Numbered from the stretch's first letter, positions 14,201 through 22,980 are shown. The stretch is 64,000 nt of DNA from a virus (IMGVR_UViG_3300037961_002813:1-64000), one strand, 5' to 3'. Numbers and translations are program-made. The notes: a model not told the origin generated them from the letters alone.

Positions 14201-17200
14201 CAACTTCGGATACTAAAGGTCTTGCTGTAGGTATGTATTTGTCACATGCTAATTTACCAATAAATACACAAATAGTATCTATTACTAACAGTACTACTTT
14301 TGTAATCAGCACAACTCCGACTTCTCTTTCTTCTCCTACTACTGTAACTGCTAGATTAATCGCATTTGGGGAAGATGATATATCTAATGCTACACCGTGT
14401 CTACACCCAACAGGTGATATATCTACTGATTCAAGAATAAGTCCGGCTACTAAATTATTAAACAATTCTAGTCTTTATCTTAATAGACAAGGCTTTCAAA
14501 GTGAGTTAAATACTCCATTTGGTCAAATGGTAGACCGAACAGAATTACAAGCAGACTACGGAACTATACATGATAATGCACATATTAGTAACACAAACGC
14601 ATTTAATGTAGGTAGAAAATCTGTATCAAGAAATTTTACAATTGAAAATATAGTATGGAAGCGTATGGATGGTGGTAACTTAAGTTTACCAAGTTTGAAT
14701 GCTAAAGGTCTAGGTGCAGTACCATTTATCACTCGTGTTAAAAATAACGCACCACTTACTATGGGAGAGAAAATATTTGGTAATAACAGATTTACTTTTG
14801 AAACTACAAACAGTTCTATGTTCCCAATTATTCAAGCACAAGAATTAATGCATCCGCAACTTGCAACTAAATTCCCAAGTGAAATTAAAAACGCTTTAAT
14901 TATACCAAATGAAGAAATACAATTCCAATCTATTTCAGTAGAAGATGATACAGGACAAGTACATACTATAGAGGGTGGTTCACCGTTTGGAACTATAATT
15001 AGAGGATTTAGAAAAGTATCGGATAGAGCATCGGAAGGTTTAGCACCGGCTGTAGAATCTAATGAAGAAAAGTATGTTGGTGTAGAGCCTAACTTAGAAA
15101 TTCAATTACCCGACCCTAATACTATACCGGGTAACATACTAGTTAGGTCGGGCTTTGATAGTATACAAGCCTATCAACATGAAACATTAGGTAGTGGAGG
15201 TATGATGAGACCTTCAAATAGAAATCATAATGGTGCAGGGCAAATATTTGATGAGGACTTTGATAAACTAAACGGGTTAAATCCGAGTGCAGTAACTATA
15301 GAATCACCACGATTAGGACCGACATACGAAGATTATGGTTGGGAACATATAAGTCAAGATTTAGATGGTGATATAAGATTCCCCGATAGTACTAAGAAAG
15401 GTTGGACTGAAACTACAGGTAATAATCCACTTAATACATCGTATAAATTACATGATAGAAGTTTATTTTTCCATATCACTAAGAAAGCAATAGGGTTTAC
15501 AGAAAAATTCCCTGTAGGATATTCTCATGCTAATGGTGTAGAAACACAAACTCCATCAGTAACTCAATACGCTTCCGGTGATTTTACACTTAGTGAAGCA
15601 TTGAATGTTAATGTATTTGCTTGGGGTAGTAAAGGAGATTTACATGATATAAATAGAAATGATGTAGATGGATGGGAAAATAATTATTTTAGAATTCGTG
15701 ATACTACTACAGGTAGAGAAGCACTTGTAAGTGGTGTTGTAACCGCCGCTAGAAGTTCTGCAAATGTTGTGAGAAATGTTGTATTAACAAAAGAAGCCGC
15801 TAGAATATTATTCAACAATGAGGACATTGAAAGTATTGATATTAATTCGGCTAATTTTACTTATAGTAACATACAAATTTTACCATCGTTCCCTGTTACT
15901 GCGGGTAACACTAGATTGTTTGCCGCAAGAAGAATGCGTGACCACTCCGAAGTAAGCGGTAACAGTCCCGATGCAAGGCATCAAATAATGAAACATAGTG
16001 AACAAGGACTTCAAGACACTATAGATAACATTCAAAGAAATAGGACAGTAGTATATCATAGATTTGAAGGTGGCGAGACACCTCTAGCGTATTATTTACA
16101 CAATATGAATTTGTCACCTATGGCGATACCAAGAATGGGCCATCACTTTGTGAATGCTACAATGGCAGTTATGCCGGGTCATTGGGCGCATCCTGCTTAT
16201 CAAAATCTGTACCATAAACATAGAGCATGTAGGTCGGCTACTTTAGGACTTAAAGAAAAATTACAGTATGAAATAGGTGTAGTAGATGCAGACACCCATG
16301 CTGTATACGACCCGTTGTTAGTATTCGGTGGTGTAACTGCTACACCAAGTGGACCGAGTGATATACATGGTGGTTCATTCTCACTTATGTTTGAAACCAA
16401 AATAAAACACGATGGTTACGGTATATTAGCAAGTGAGGGTGAAGCCGGTACGATTAATGCGGCAGGTGGTCACACTATAGTATTGAGAGCAGGAATGAGG
16501 CATACATTCAACAATCATTTCCCCGACCCAAGTAAAGTAGGTGCATATCAAATTATTATACAACCTAATGTATTTTCAAGTCAGTTTATTGGTTTCCACC
16601 AAAACGGTCCAAATAACGATTTACCAAATGGTAGTGTAGTTAGTCTAACAAGCCAACAAGTGGCATTAGTAGTTGGAATTAGAGAGTTAGATACCGATAC
16701 CGGTGGTATGGCATTAGTGCTTGCTAATGCTACTATGGCCGATGTTAGAGGTTGCGAAGTAATGATTAACGAAGTTATGTTAGACCACGACCCCGACCAC
16801 GGCGGGCAATTTACTAACATACCAAACTTGATGACTTACAATCCGTTTGGTGTTCAAAGTACAGAAGCACCGGCTTTTACTCGTCATTCATTACCATATC
16901 ACCCACAAATGTTTGTGCAATCTACACCGGGTATGACTACTAACATACCGTGGTGGTCTATAGTGCATCCACAAAAACCAACAATAACTACCGGTAGTAA
17001 TAGCGCAAAAGGATTTAGATTCTTAAGTCATCATAGATTAGATAATTATTATTTATTCATAAGAGCAAATGCAGGTAGTATAGGGGCGCAACTTACACTT
17101 GCGGGTTATCCGAGTACTTACCCTAATATGTATGACGAAGTGTTACGAAGTGTAAGTCTAAATCCTAATTGTAAATTTATTAGTGAAAGTAGTAATGTTC

Positions 17201-20200
17201 TAACCGTTGATGATGCAAGTGATTTCCCAATAGAACCTATGTACGGTGAGATGATTTACTACATAGATGCAAACGGTGTAAGAAGAACCTCTAATTGGTC
17301 TAGTCGTAGTGGTTTCGATGCCACTAATATGAATAAACCTAAACTTATCACTTTATCAAGCCCACCTGCGGGATTTGTAAGTAACCTTACAGCCGATACA
17401 ATTTTGCGTTTAACAAAACAAAATGACACAAGTAGAAATGCTAGTGAAATATTTACTGACTCCGAAAGAAGTATTATGACAAGAACATTACCCCAAACAC
17501 TACAAGGTAGTAGAGACACCAACAGTTTACATGTTCCCGATGCTTTTATTTGTACTTGGTCACCAAACTTAGAAAGACCAAATGCACCTTTCCTTGATTA
17601 TCGTAGGAATCCTACAAACCACATGTATAGTTCTTATGAAACTATACATTACCATGATAGCACATACTATGCAAGTTTAGGTCCATTTGCGTTAGATATA
17701 CAAACTCCAAAAATTATTACTTCAATAGCAACTAACAGATTAGTAGCATCTCATGCGACTAACACTATTACAACTAATAATACCGGTGTTAATCTTAGTG
17801 TTGGTGACAGAATATCAGTAGATGGTAGAATATATACAGTTCAATCGGATTCAAGTGGAGTTATAACTGTAAGAGAGGATACACCAAATGAAATTACTGT
17901 TGGTTCAGCCGTTATGATTGGTGGCATAGGAGATAGTATGCAGGGTGTTACAGGTAAAGACAATGCAGGTAATTCTTATCGTAACCAAGGTGGCTCAAGT
18001 TTTTACGGTCATTCAACTCTTGGTCAAGGTATGTCTATTCAATTAAATAATTATTGGCCTTGTGGAAGTAGAGGTGGACCGATAACAAGTAGATTAGATG
18101 GTTTTGGTTATGTATCTACAGGTTGGATGTTACCTACTGTTTATGCTGTAGATGATGCCGGGCCTATATGGCACGATGATGGTGATGACGGTTCTTATGA
18201 TGTAAACGCAGGTGTTGATGAGCGAGATTATGAAAACTCATTAATTAGTTGGGGAAGTTATACAAGTGGTGATATGCCAAATACAAGACCAAGACCGTTT
18301 GGTTACCGATTTGGTTTAAGGCAACCATATAATAAACCTCGATGGGCTTGGTATGGTATGAGAACATATTTAGAACAAGGTATTGGTCTCTCTTTCCTTA
18401 GTGTAGACTATAAACACGGTCCTTTGGTAGAGGCTAGGCATAGAACTAGCACTTGGATATATGCAGGTGGTGAAAGTTCACCATCGGGTGGTAATTCTAC
18501 TTTTGATACAACTTATGTAGGGATATTGGAGAGGCAAACAAACTTTGCCGGTATGGAAAATATGATACCAAACAATTTAACAAATACATACGGTAGAGTT
18601 ACAAGGTATTCCGATGGTATGCGAATGACAAGACCATTTGGTTGTCCTGTGAGAACCATAAGAAATGAATCCGATTTAAGTAATAATACAGAAACTAATT
18701 TAACACTTAAACCACACATAAGAAGAGAGTGGTTAGGTGATGATTATGGACATGGTTTAGTTGATGTTGCACACGCATCACAATACTATCTTGTAGATTG
18801 GTGGGGCAATACTCGTGGTGAAGATGTAAGAAGAATGCCTGTTCGTGGATTTGGTGTAAGCCCCGCTTGGTCACCAAAAGAAGGTATCAATGAGCATGGT
18901 TATAATGGGCCAAATAAATTTATTACAGGTGGTAGTGCTAATCCATATAATCCGTTTTATATGGGTCATTCTTTTTACAACTTTAAGAAAATTATATCTC
19001 CACATTTAGGTAACGGTCAAGGCTCGCCGGTTCTATATCAGTTAGTTTCCAATGCTCAAGGAACTGCTTGGTTTACATCTCCCTATGATACAATACCGTC
19101 ACAAGTAGGTAATTACAACGCAATAAATAGCGGAATACAAAATGAGATAGTAGATTTCTTTTTCCCGGCAACAGCAAGAAGAGTTGGTGACGAAGGCGGA
19201 GGTAGAGGTAATAGATACCCTACTGCTTTTAATCAACAATATTTTGGTGATTTAGATATACTTGATGAATTACCACACCGTGTAGGACAAGGTGTTGTAC
19301 CTAAAACGAAGGGTGCGGTACTATCTTACAATACAGCAGAACCTAACATTGGTGATGGTTACATAAGACCTAAGAACTCCTTACTAGGAACTGATGAAGT
19401 ACCTAGAGGTATAAGTGCTAGGTTACTAATAGATGACTACGGTTTGTTGAAGCCCGAAGCGACATTAGGTGCTAGGCAATTAGGAAGTTTAAGCGGTACA
19501 GGTTACTCTACTAATTTCATAACTACCCCTTATAGTGATGTAATTAGTAGAAGTAGTCCTAAGATTGGTTTAGATGTAGAAAACTTTGAAGGTATAGATA
19601 ATAACGCTATGATAGTAAATACAGAAGCGCATAGTCTACATACTAATCGTCAAGTAGGCCAAAGAGGTATATTACAACACGCCTATGTATCAGCAGATAT
19701 TAACCTCATTTCAGTAGGTTATTTGACGGGTGCAGTAAGCCATATTTACAATAACACATCTATGTTCAAAAATATTGGCGGTACAAATATATTAGACTTA
19801 AAGAATTATTCTGCCCCTGTTGATTTGGGTAGTTGGGGTAATCTCATACCAACTAATGGTTTAGTATTATGGCTTGATGCAGAAAGTTTACAATTAAATA
19901 ACGGTGATAATGTTGCAGAATGGAAAGACCAAAGTGGTAACAACAGACATGTTACACAATCTGTTACTGCTGACCAACCAACTTATGTTGCTTCCGATGC
20001 GGCATTTAACGGAAAATCTGTAGTTAATTTTGCTACTGATGATGTTTTAACAACTCCATTTGATGCTGAATTGAATACTAATGAATTTACTACTTTTGTT
20101 GTAATGTGTACAAATAATGATAATAGTAACTATCAAGCAGGTTTTGAAAGTAGAACTTTCAGTGGGGGTAGTAGAAGAGGTTACAATATATATGCTAATA

Positions 20201-21228
20201 TGACAGGTAGTAATAATAGATGGGAGTTTTGGGTCGGGCAAGACGGAAGTTGGAATAATATAAATTCAGCAAATGGAAGTGCTGTAGTCAATCAACCGAA
20301 TATTCTTACTATGTTTATTGAAGGTGGTAACGGTGCAGGTGCTTCGGTTACGGCACAGACATTAAGAGTTGATGGTACACAAGTAGCAACAGCAACTCCA
20401 AATTATTACAAAAACGCAACTGAACCGACTCAAGTAGGTAGAGTAAATGATATTGGTTCGGGTTCAACATTCTCTCTTATAGGAAAAGTTGCCGAAGTAA
20501 TCAAATATAACAGACATCTTACTGATGCTGAAATGGGTACTGTGGAAGGTTACCTTTCATTAAAATATAATATAAGCGGTCCAACTCAAAATAAATCATC
20601 TAATCCGTATGTTACATCATTGTATAATACTGACAGTAACAAAACAGAAAAAGAAATATCTCTTATGTTAAGACCGATAAAGAAAAATGAAAAAGATAGA
20701 TTACAATTCTTTTCATTCAATATATTACATACCACTAGCCCGCAATACATTGGTTTTACATCTACTAGAAACTATAACCATGCTACTGTCGGTGGTAAAT
20801 ATGGTATATTTGCTTATGATATGCCTAATGCTAGGGCATCCGAAGGCTTCTACTTGAGAGCAACTAACCCCGATACTAACCCACCTTATGCCCCTATGTA
20901 TAACGATACAAACTTGTATGGTGAATTAGAACTCAAAGGACATAGAAGTGGATTAGCAGATATTGGTACAAACGGAATCACCTTTACAAGCACTGTATTA
21001 GGAGTGCCATCAATTAACAACGACATTGGTAGAGTAGTGATAACTGAAAACACCCTTCAACATTATAGAGCAGATGCGAGTAGAAAGAAAACTATCAATG
21101 AAGATGGCACTAAGATAACAAGAAAAGACTATACTGTGCAACCAAGATTTAGTCAGTCACTACATCCTAAAGGGCATAAAGGTGATGTATCGTTTAATGA
21201 AGGTGACCATACAAATGACGGGAGTTGA
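2293..21228 (+). CDS. giant virion/tail protein (6311 aa) with N- and C-terminal LamG/concanavalin-A-like domains
   Basis: Uninterrupted 18.9-kb ORF. N-terminal FDG...FTVEAWV...YHIVG...LFING...YIGG...FRGAI LamG pattern; C-terminal LVLWLDA...WKDQSGNNRHVTQ...QPTY...GKVAEVIKYNRHL...VEGYL pattern; within tail module. Confidence 0.8.
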   Translation: MVAIGRSSHAFFFDGVSESIVIPQGRFTKLGDESSVGTTNTKTKKTPSDILSKTGYGKDETTKINSRFENQFTVEAWVIPDCGGIIAERENQFMLELGTVDTPGPAKFTVFLDTTDGTKPFTLTTASDATTRWSGVVYPEQDYGSVHDSYNRYDLSNYNDATNLNFNHRPLYHIVGAVSDSAISLFINGQVVISQSLPNDASITDSTAHVYIGGKGGDFRGAIESIHFATEFDDQIITPNVPMDDGETTTALYRFEEPLDIIEEEYEFTAFTAASNGTTTTLTIPATNAQALIKRLTGKEYDSTSPTIDFTQSPYSMGNYEINNNFTTPNTVATSYLPHVPYNLIINPGAINRNTQKPNQSPPERLRILSINGSSGVITVNSIHIDFNIASSGSRGILHSRTANVDNYFVIIPADLVIDLVTGKPYQPPHFNTQIIDKTGQMVLDETANEQHGIVYSSQMATTTSHPSNPFAVTWPSTLDVNYQIGHSGRHKFSHIKGHEYMRRYPRPTSLQIDQVITGSADIVQMDFSNTAKGVHRLFNPNELADFYSENSQAPITNVVNSAKASLVVTNGLPASKEEIIAIDVSDHKPFMLKGPIPENYTRDTLTTDERDYHIRPESESRIALLHVPTLRTTHNLAPYVEIHYNALDLLGDSMQAASASPTPMLMVEKTIPKGSTVLTGTTTVLDVIKADLADANKDSTIFSAGGYIDLESSVANQTEYFEKTNSLIGDNAGGAEYDFEISYATTPRKADNSVGYTPPSDINAQPATTPQVIASSHNKSTHQSVYHKLCIEPMSVDKVNKLEDLGNNQFKKKAEKVNSSTGVFDVGGIHQGSPIFEMFDIIDNEYIGDAHTSARIYIQPSNKSRTNQLAKLRDGVDKGETANIISLFYLMSRTRIRSVKQIDSNQDNSVITQITASGVAEEAINENVTFTGSGSPDSHVVKEVDVDAPVVSVTLGGPGQGAINTKPTYDPSPLMRLPGSTRRNCAVQAISVCTLDAAKTISVQPLNNKSEDIQSWGTYAFPKKGRIFLQSGGSAEYASKVGAGFVFDDTDAIAQRKYLSAGDEVFSTFNEWCIGVGLINNAVKDTYSINEILFNDDNFNLENMCEDGSTINDRLFQAIDDVTHDYQLGTQYASTRAMVEIPIFPQQFFSQKNDGIFPGPDNSMKLHLDATYTAHTWNPSPVGRRVDDLPPNDREVVSAYDNKNSPTKTFITKIVKDGDFLQLHVDNVNIFPTPVSGNFNNFKSINIESKVFLEDGSWAYISAIGSDFIKIRDAPITIGDGGYHGFSSDDFVNKLTTGCTLTTGRSLSALQSINSDVNTPTSDYEGRSIFYHDNANMQTQGGNLDYGLRQYVSAVEFKAGPLSNPHAPRTKTKRASATIIQAKQVSSQVYALELDNVDSFIDTNYTLDISGNPDIGIGDLLVVGKILTTTPIEVLYLGTQFNNQYSFSSTTNNTVLVHFGTGVTVPSLKDIEFRLEKIGRSHLALSSFAQTTIQELTVSTFRPVVDDEVYEFASTYTAGSTDEIAFDNGPYRNPAANSFGVNIRPGDMIYREDGTSGAIAYVGVVKYVHSEHYRDVTSGSDCLIKLTTNNVSAINNNDILRIGINSVIANDADAILNRTWCNPYAAGGLRNGDTVWMNMTMNNAHAVEGLFCKSRGVFNEGQVYKAFNGGQGQLANRPRDSIPLENFLIGDTCLETAINFVQHVNKTIELNYEAMGLSASQAPTVAYIDPYLSSDSHARVLLYDVAHDREFISFHDIHMQVQTSPSVPVIGHTRNLVTETGYYSLDEVLVKWNGGAPHYLTTQLDVANGFPSENKYLRSTQQSKFIESAYAHNVPNMYYNGENIFSLENPLDEIDSATLASPISSINTLTNLQFMGKGHGHFVHSNGYHGSSTYHPSASSLPRTEPATQSSFYASKKHNELRITLGDKNISPIVRTLKQHRLDQSGSTFEDNSTFFDTPDGTRVISAFLCLKGIRNENLNLVNHEESRLQHLPQWTQMDYIRRQTIDFGEVGVKVGGTDIEAAAREIVRMINQGAAKNGRTHARRPSSNYPGESERMDLTRIGVREDVLNPNKDPASAHVNADFAATGSTHDPAPFWSVEHAMTSQDRGSHMGYLRAHLGRIVEDNNGVIGYTIVIHSTVPGASGRNFCVWLDNSKGQSPYQPKFLIGHGGRFRNFWCQQDELMGENMHPAPMPLNKDGRPFAPITSLRELVKQDNRFGDISNNNDDVDGIIGSGSYSNTVFTESFEGQSQTSSIVEGLRVGTRAIGRINFGGLVASGIPGFAPTDGEFGVGNVLGGSSAYLQYTNVSQYNSSLGEGQLYGFRLTDHRGKSYGVRYVYKQLGEEFFNDNTFVPNTLSEEVGIFINHKDISEGGFTIKNNITGLGDVTGQLSNSGITTVKSYNGNRFNGVYSPDSVINASVKWESTNKTLTVKFYVGSIYNPNSASELQNVDDILGYLGFPKTNGVIQLNDTHINTTLGAGFLGHTLSYTSRTQLGVGTSSSSTHIFYGVKGSNMTVNHQVTNAGGEVGTTTPTGITSIGTSVSHPSSSGSWAYLAISSRMNWTTLLTDEVLAAATEAAINATNVTTEEGISFDCRHLLAADGRTLGDWGVSADAIRIRAFDVTNEKLIPPSTMFECVLDKDRGIEAAHQEYGLYTTLSPTTITASTGTNKPLSDIDIGNNKFLSCGYIPKTVLQIVSKGRGFHANTPTPILVDSTNNPIDISNWSNNLKGISYTRNPGDHILPCVNEVSVGVISDVKCKTSVSTVSVVFGGNKYPRDINLQSRGIGGAKRLQTTAFGTGFVAGTIYEATGGTGHGLKLRFPYVDGSGRPVTTSGGSTFLGLSNGTNNQFFELCIIDTGEGYTVGDTLSVTPASGTPHNFTVLQVSNISGFQAKATNTTLGGTITAISVSNRGTGASTTGTITTDYITLKSREEDFLRPCVLKVTAVLNEDLEGLCTFSYNQNLHGTLVPTSIDTNTDFTRIAPKGETGVFFIGSQMNARLRNDGNELQALQGNTAFVNKFANPVFVDTNVIFVKSNQYQINGRRFYGSVDSEPIVYFRGAKDSVDHSVPLYFGGGFTGVTMDINDGTQNDYSSFYTHPYSNGPTGTAGIQNANEISTSFATIDCNALFAFFPGAALVNQNRGSYTPPVFNKDNILSPDIFAGHLSGNDSPNWLQSKYSAGVIKQKPTPLVLQFAHPTARYDDYIDAKDTQTTEYTHRNVNVKNKTSYHIYGPGQAIPFSESTHDIRPSSATYPTNTIEPHPGTVVTVGNSWSKVPYGMNLPNELINDALKFAPPTSTYQVDRHKYHFAVPRGQALNWSPPEGIPNIGKLKQRPSHGYHYGEHFIHPVSGKVDANNSADYRKAHPYKHCAMAHYGIAMSADMTWHMDGGYHPGGHWLDNQVAVNFKNHTSGAFTPKFNWTPTHPTAFRVSSRLVSDGTGRRGGVASGYNLVDGSTVETESDIIIVDATRCQNGEELATIIGQAINENPGKGALKALGGTFMPSMGNANRQDRYGWVELEFESYNINGGYTLPNSSGEYFGDGTHTFPNNSFMYVVARGFSQSQTALEQIPMSGWIRTDKGGREKFFDGTTDIPMFAPYHTREIVNISNNDYKVVFWLAPNRISGLPLFEDGYTFYDKCETPTQLSFPSPGTSVSVIERGEATTVIFPQPTKVFVWSKAGVHRFNNENEPTRDHMTQVHFSGLVDAIDRTRPVGAVGWAGERYSYLNSLKVETDGGGNKLYAAGLGAWYEKLGFSPYGSSNSCMGLFGVIPSQGIQNSPDASPIINGRSNYLTGGMGNPYTVSNMFTPTLAFNNSYYSNYTFTNTVGSPHFKSVLSDEGDQNAQLGVYGRAFLVVSHESELPLVAKYDRDGIRGLGDWLNVVAAKTAPGIDASTAITFAGTTRWDERFHGSNRFIAPATAGPKVEALITPNLQIPTDDIPALGVHESFPLLSKTEAIDLSVTLTPSSSDVTTSDTKGLAVGMYLSHANLPINTQIVSITNSTTFVISTTPTSLSSPTTVTARLIAFGEDDISNATPCLHPTGDISTDSRISPATKLLNNSSLYLNRQGFQSELNTPFGQMVDRTELQADYGTIHDNAHISNTNAFNVGRKSVSRNFTIENIVWKRMDGGNLSLPSLNAKGLGAVPFITRVKNNAPLTMGEKIFGNNRFTFETTNSSMFPIIQAQELMHPQLATKFPSEIKNALIIPNEEIQFQSISVEDDTGQVHTIEGGSPFGTIIRGFRKVSDRASEGLAPAVESNEEKYVGVEPNLEIQLPDPNTIPGNILVRSGFDSIQAYQHETLGSGGMMRPSNRNHNGAGQIFDEDFDKLNGLNPSAVTIESPRLGPTYEDYGWEHISQDLDGDIRFPDSTKKGWTETTGNNPLNTSYKLHDRSLFFHITKKAIGFTEKFPVGYSHANGVETQTPSVTQYASGDFTLSEALNVNVFAWGSKGDLHDINRNDVDGWENNYFRIRDTTTGREALVSGVVTAARSSANVVRNVVLTKEAARILFNNEDIESIDINSANFTYSNIQILPSFPVTAGNTRLFAARRMRDHSEVSGNSPDARHQIMKHSEQGLQDTIDNIQRNRTVVYHRFEGGETPLAYYLHNMNLSPMAIPRMGHHFVNATMAVMPGHWAHPAYQNLYHKHRACRSATLGLKEKLQYEIGVVDADTHAVYDPLLVFGGVTATPSGPSDIHGGSFSLMFETKIKHDGYGILASEGEAGTINAAGGHTIVLRAGMRHTFNNHFPDPSKVGAYQIIIQPNVFSSQFIGFHQNGPNNDLPNGSVVSLTSQQVALVVGIRELDTDTGGMALVLANATMADVRGCEVMINEVMLDHDPDHGGQFTNIPNLMTYNPFGVQSTEAPAFTRHSLPYHPQMFVQSTPGMTTNIPWWSIVHPQKPTITTGSNSAKGFRFLSHHRLDNYYLFIRANAGSIGAQLTLAGYPSTYPNMYDEVLRSVSLNPNCKFISESSNVLTVDDASDFPIEPMYGEMIYYIDANGVRRTSNWSSRSGFDATNMNKPKLITLSSPPAGFVSNLTADTILRLTKQNDTSRNASEIFTDSERSIMTRTLPQTLQGSRDTNSLHVPDAFICTWSPNLERPNAPFLDYRRNPTNHMYSSYETIHYHDSTYYASLGPFALDIQTPKIITSIATNRLVASHATNTITTNNTGVNLSVGDRISVDGRIYTVQSDSSGVITVREDTPNEITVGSAVMIGGIGDSMQGVTGKDNAGNSYRNQGGSSFYGHSTLGQGMSIQLNNYWPCGSRGGPITSRLDGFGYVSTGWMLPTVYAVDDAGPIWHDDGDDGSYDVNAGVDERDYENSLISWGSYTSGDMPNTRPRPFGYRFGLRQPYNKPRWAWYGMRTYLEQGIGLSFLSVDYKHGPLVEARHRTSTWIYAGGESSPSGGNSTFDTTYVGILERQTNFAGMENMIPNNLTNTYGRVTRYSDGMRMTRPFGCPVRTIRNESDLSNNTETNLTLKPHIRREWLGDDYGHGLVDVAHASQYYLVDWWGNTRGEDVRRMPVRGFGVSPAWSPKEGINEHGYNGPNKFITGGSANPYNPFYMGHSFYNFKKIISPHLGNGQGSPVLYQLVSNAQGTAWFTSPYDTIPSQVGNYNAINSGIQNEIVDFFFPATARRVGDEGGGRGNRYPTAFNQQYFGDLDILDELPHRVGQGVVPKTKGAVLSYNTAEPNIGDGYIRPKNSLLGTDEVPRGISARLLIDDYGLLKPEATLGARQLGSLSGTGYSTNFITTPYSDVISRSSPKIGLDVENFEGIDNNAMIVNTEAHSLHTNRQVGQRGILQHAYVSADINLISVGYLTGAVSHIYNNTSMFKNIGGTNILDLKNYSAPVDLGSWGNLIPTNGLVLWLDAESLQLNNGDNVAEWKDQSGNNRHVTQSVTADQPTYVASDAAFNGKSVVNFATDDVLTTPFDAELNTNEFTTFVVMCTNNDNSNYQAGFESRTFSGGSRRGYNIYANMTGSNNRWEFWVGQDGSWNNINSANGSAVVNQPNILTMFIEGGNGAGASVTAQTLRVDGTQVATATPNYYKNATEPTQVGRVNDIGSGSTFSLIGKVAEVIKYNRHLTDAEMGTVEGYLSLKYNISGPTQNKSSNPYVTSLYNTDSNKTEKEISLMLRPIKKNEKDRLQFFSFNILHTTSPQYIGFTSTRNYNHATVGGKYGIFAYDMPNARASEGFYLRATNPDTNPPYAPMYNDTNLYGELELKGHRSGLADIGTNGITFTSTVLGVPSINNDIGRVVITENTLQHYRADASRKKTINEDGTKITRKDYTVQPRFSQSLHPKGHKGDVSFNEGDHTNDGS

Positions 21229-21232
21229 TTAG

Positions 21233-22633
21233 ATGGGTAGATTAATAAAAAATATTTTTGATGGGAGAACTGAAACTTTTTCTCATATTATGAAACACGC
21301 CCGTAAACCTGTGTTTGTAGACAATGCTGTGCATTATGTAAAAATAAATAAGAGTGAAACTAATAATTTAACTTATGATGCTGATAGATATTATCAAGAA
21401 ATACAAGTTATGCCCGATACCACATTTAGGATAGTAGAAGGACAATCATTCGTAGAAATATTATACAAAGGTGGTGATGGTCATTCATCAACAGCCGTTC
21501 CTTTCTTTAACACTGATATTATTTCAAGCACTAATATGCCTTCTTTGTTGTATAACCCGAATATACCTAGTGAAAGATTACTACCTTCTACTGTAGATGG
21601 TAACAAAATAAATCTAACTAATATGAAAAATAAATCTTTGAGTGATATAGGTTTTTCCAACAATGAAGTAAGATTAGGTCAGCCTATAGATGTCGGTTTT
21701 AGAACTACAGATTTAGCAATAAGGTTAGGTGAGAAAGTTACTAACAGTAACATTACTAGTTTCAATATATCAAAAGTAAATAGTAAGAAAAGTGAAGATA
21801 GAAAACACTCCACACGATTTGTAGCAAAAGATTTCAATAAAATAAATATTATGACGGCTCTAAGATTCTTAGGTAGACATGATACTAGAATGGCTATGTT
21901 AGATAGATTCGGTAATATGCTCTATGTGCCTATAAGTTTTAGCGAATCTAATAGATATGTAGACCCTAACTTAAAAACAGGTTCGGGTTCAAGTGACAAA
22001 GTACAGAACATACCTAACAGAATTACTATACAAGGAAAACCACTCGCATTAAATGATTCTGTAATTGTTACTTTAGATGATACTGAAAGACAAAGCGGCT
22101 TGAATGGTGAAGTAATAGAAGGAGATGTATTGTTTGATGCTACCGTTAATACTTCAATGGCCGCAAGAAGAGTGGGTAGACAAATTCTTCGTGCTAACTC
22201 TTTAGAAAGTGGTACAATAACAAGTGAAGGTCACATAGATTTGAATGATGTAAGACCGGGTATGGCGATAGATTACGGTGGTACTCAACATGTTATCACC
22301 GAGGTTATTCACCATCCTTTGAGGAAGAGTGCTGATTTAGTACTTTTGACAATTGATACGGGCTTAGAGGGGGTATTGCAGGGTATAAACGAGGGAATTA
22401 CTATGGAAGGTAATGAAACGAATCCGAATAACTTAATTCAAAACTTAAAAGAAAATATTACTATGTTTGGTCGAATACAAATTAGAACTATAGTTAGGGT
22501 TAGTCAAAGATTAGTTTCTACTACTGCCTTCCTTATAGGTGGTGTTAAAGGTAATAACACAAGAGGACTAATAGGTAAGAGTGGTTTACCAATAGGTATG
22601 AACAAATCACAAGAAGCGGAAGGTGAATATTGA
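21233..22633 (+). CDS. putative tail/baseplate hub-like structural protein
   Basis: 466 aa in tail operon; MLDRFGNMLY...NRITIQG...DVRPGMAI...ITEVIH layout resembles baseplate hub proteins. Confidence 0.5.
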   Translation: MGRLIKNIFDGRTETFSHIMKHARKPVFVDNAVHYVKINKSETNNLTYDADRYYQEIQVMPDTTFRIVEGQSFVEILYKGGDGHSSTAVPFFNTDIISSTNMPSLLYNPNIPSERLLPSTVDGNKINLTNMKNKSLSDIGFSNNEVRLGQPIDVGFRTTDLAIRLGEKVTNSNITSFNISKVNSKKSEDRKHSTRFVAKDFNKINIMTALRFLGRHDTRMAMLDRFGNMLYVPISFSESNRYVDPNLKTGSGSSDKVQNIPNRITIQGKPLALNDSVIVTLDDTERQSGLNGEVIEGDVLFDATVNTSMAARRVGRQILRANSLESGTITSEGHIDLNDVRPGMAIDYGGTQHVITEVIHHPLRKSADLVLLTIDTGLEGVLQGINEGITMEGNETNPNNLIQNLKENITMFGRIQIRTIVRVSQRLVSTTAFLIGGVKGNNTRGLIGKSGLPIGMNKSQEAEGEY

Positions 22634-22980
22634 TGCCCGTATCTACAAAAATAAAATCTACATTATTGAATACATTAAAATCATCTATCAATAGTATGGT
22701 TTTAGGTTTTGATGGTACACCTGCAACAAATGATGATGGTAGTGCAGGTAGACCTGCTATTACTTTAACTCCTATAGTAACTGTAGTAGACGATACTACT
22801 CTATTAGTAGAGGCGAGTTTACCAATAGCGAATTCTTTTACAGATACAATAAAAGAAGTAGTGTTGCTAAGTAAAGATTCAAACGGTGTATTTTCTTGCA
22901 TAGCGAGATATAATACAAAACCAATAATAAAAACAACACAGAATGAAGTAAAAATAGAAATTAGTATAGAGGTGATATGA
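22630..22980 (+). CDS. small tail/baseplate structural protein
   Basis: 116 aa; IKEVVL...IARY...PIIKT...EVKIE pattern of tail-fibre attachment proteins; coupled to neighbours. Confidence 0.5.
   Translation: MMPVSTKIKSTLLNTLKSSINSMVLGFDGTPATNDDGSAGRPAITLTPIVTVVDDTTLLVEASLPIANSFTDTIKEVVLLSKDSNGVFSCIARYNTKPIIKTTQNEVKIEISIEVI

Noticed and set aside
364-22901. Minus-strand ORFs within the tail module (e.g. 13776..14465, 1545..1928)
   Set aside because: Antisense shadows of long + strand genes with no motifs or SD sites.
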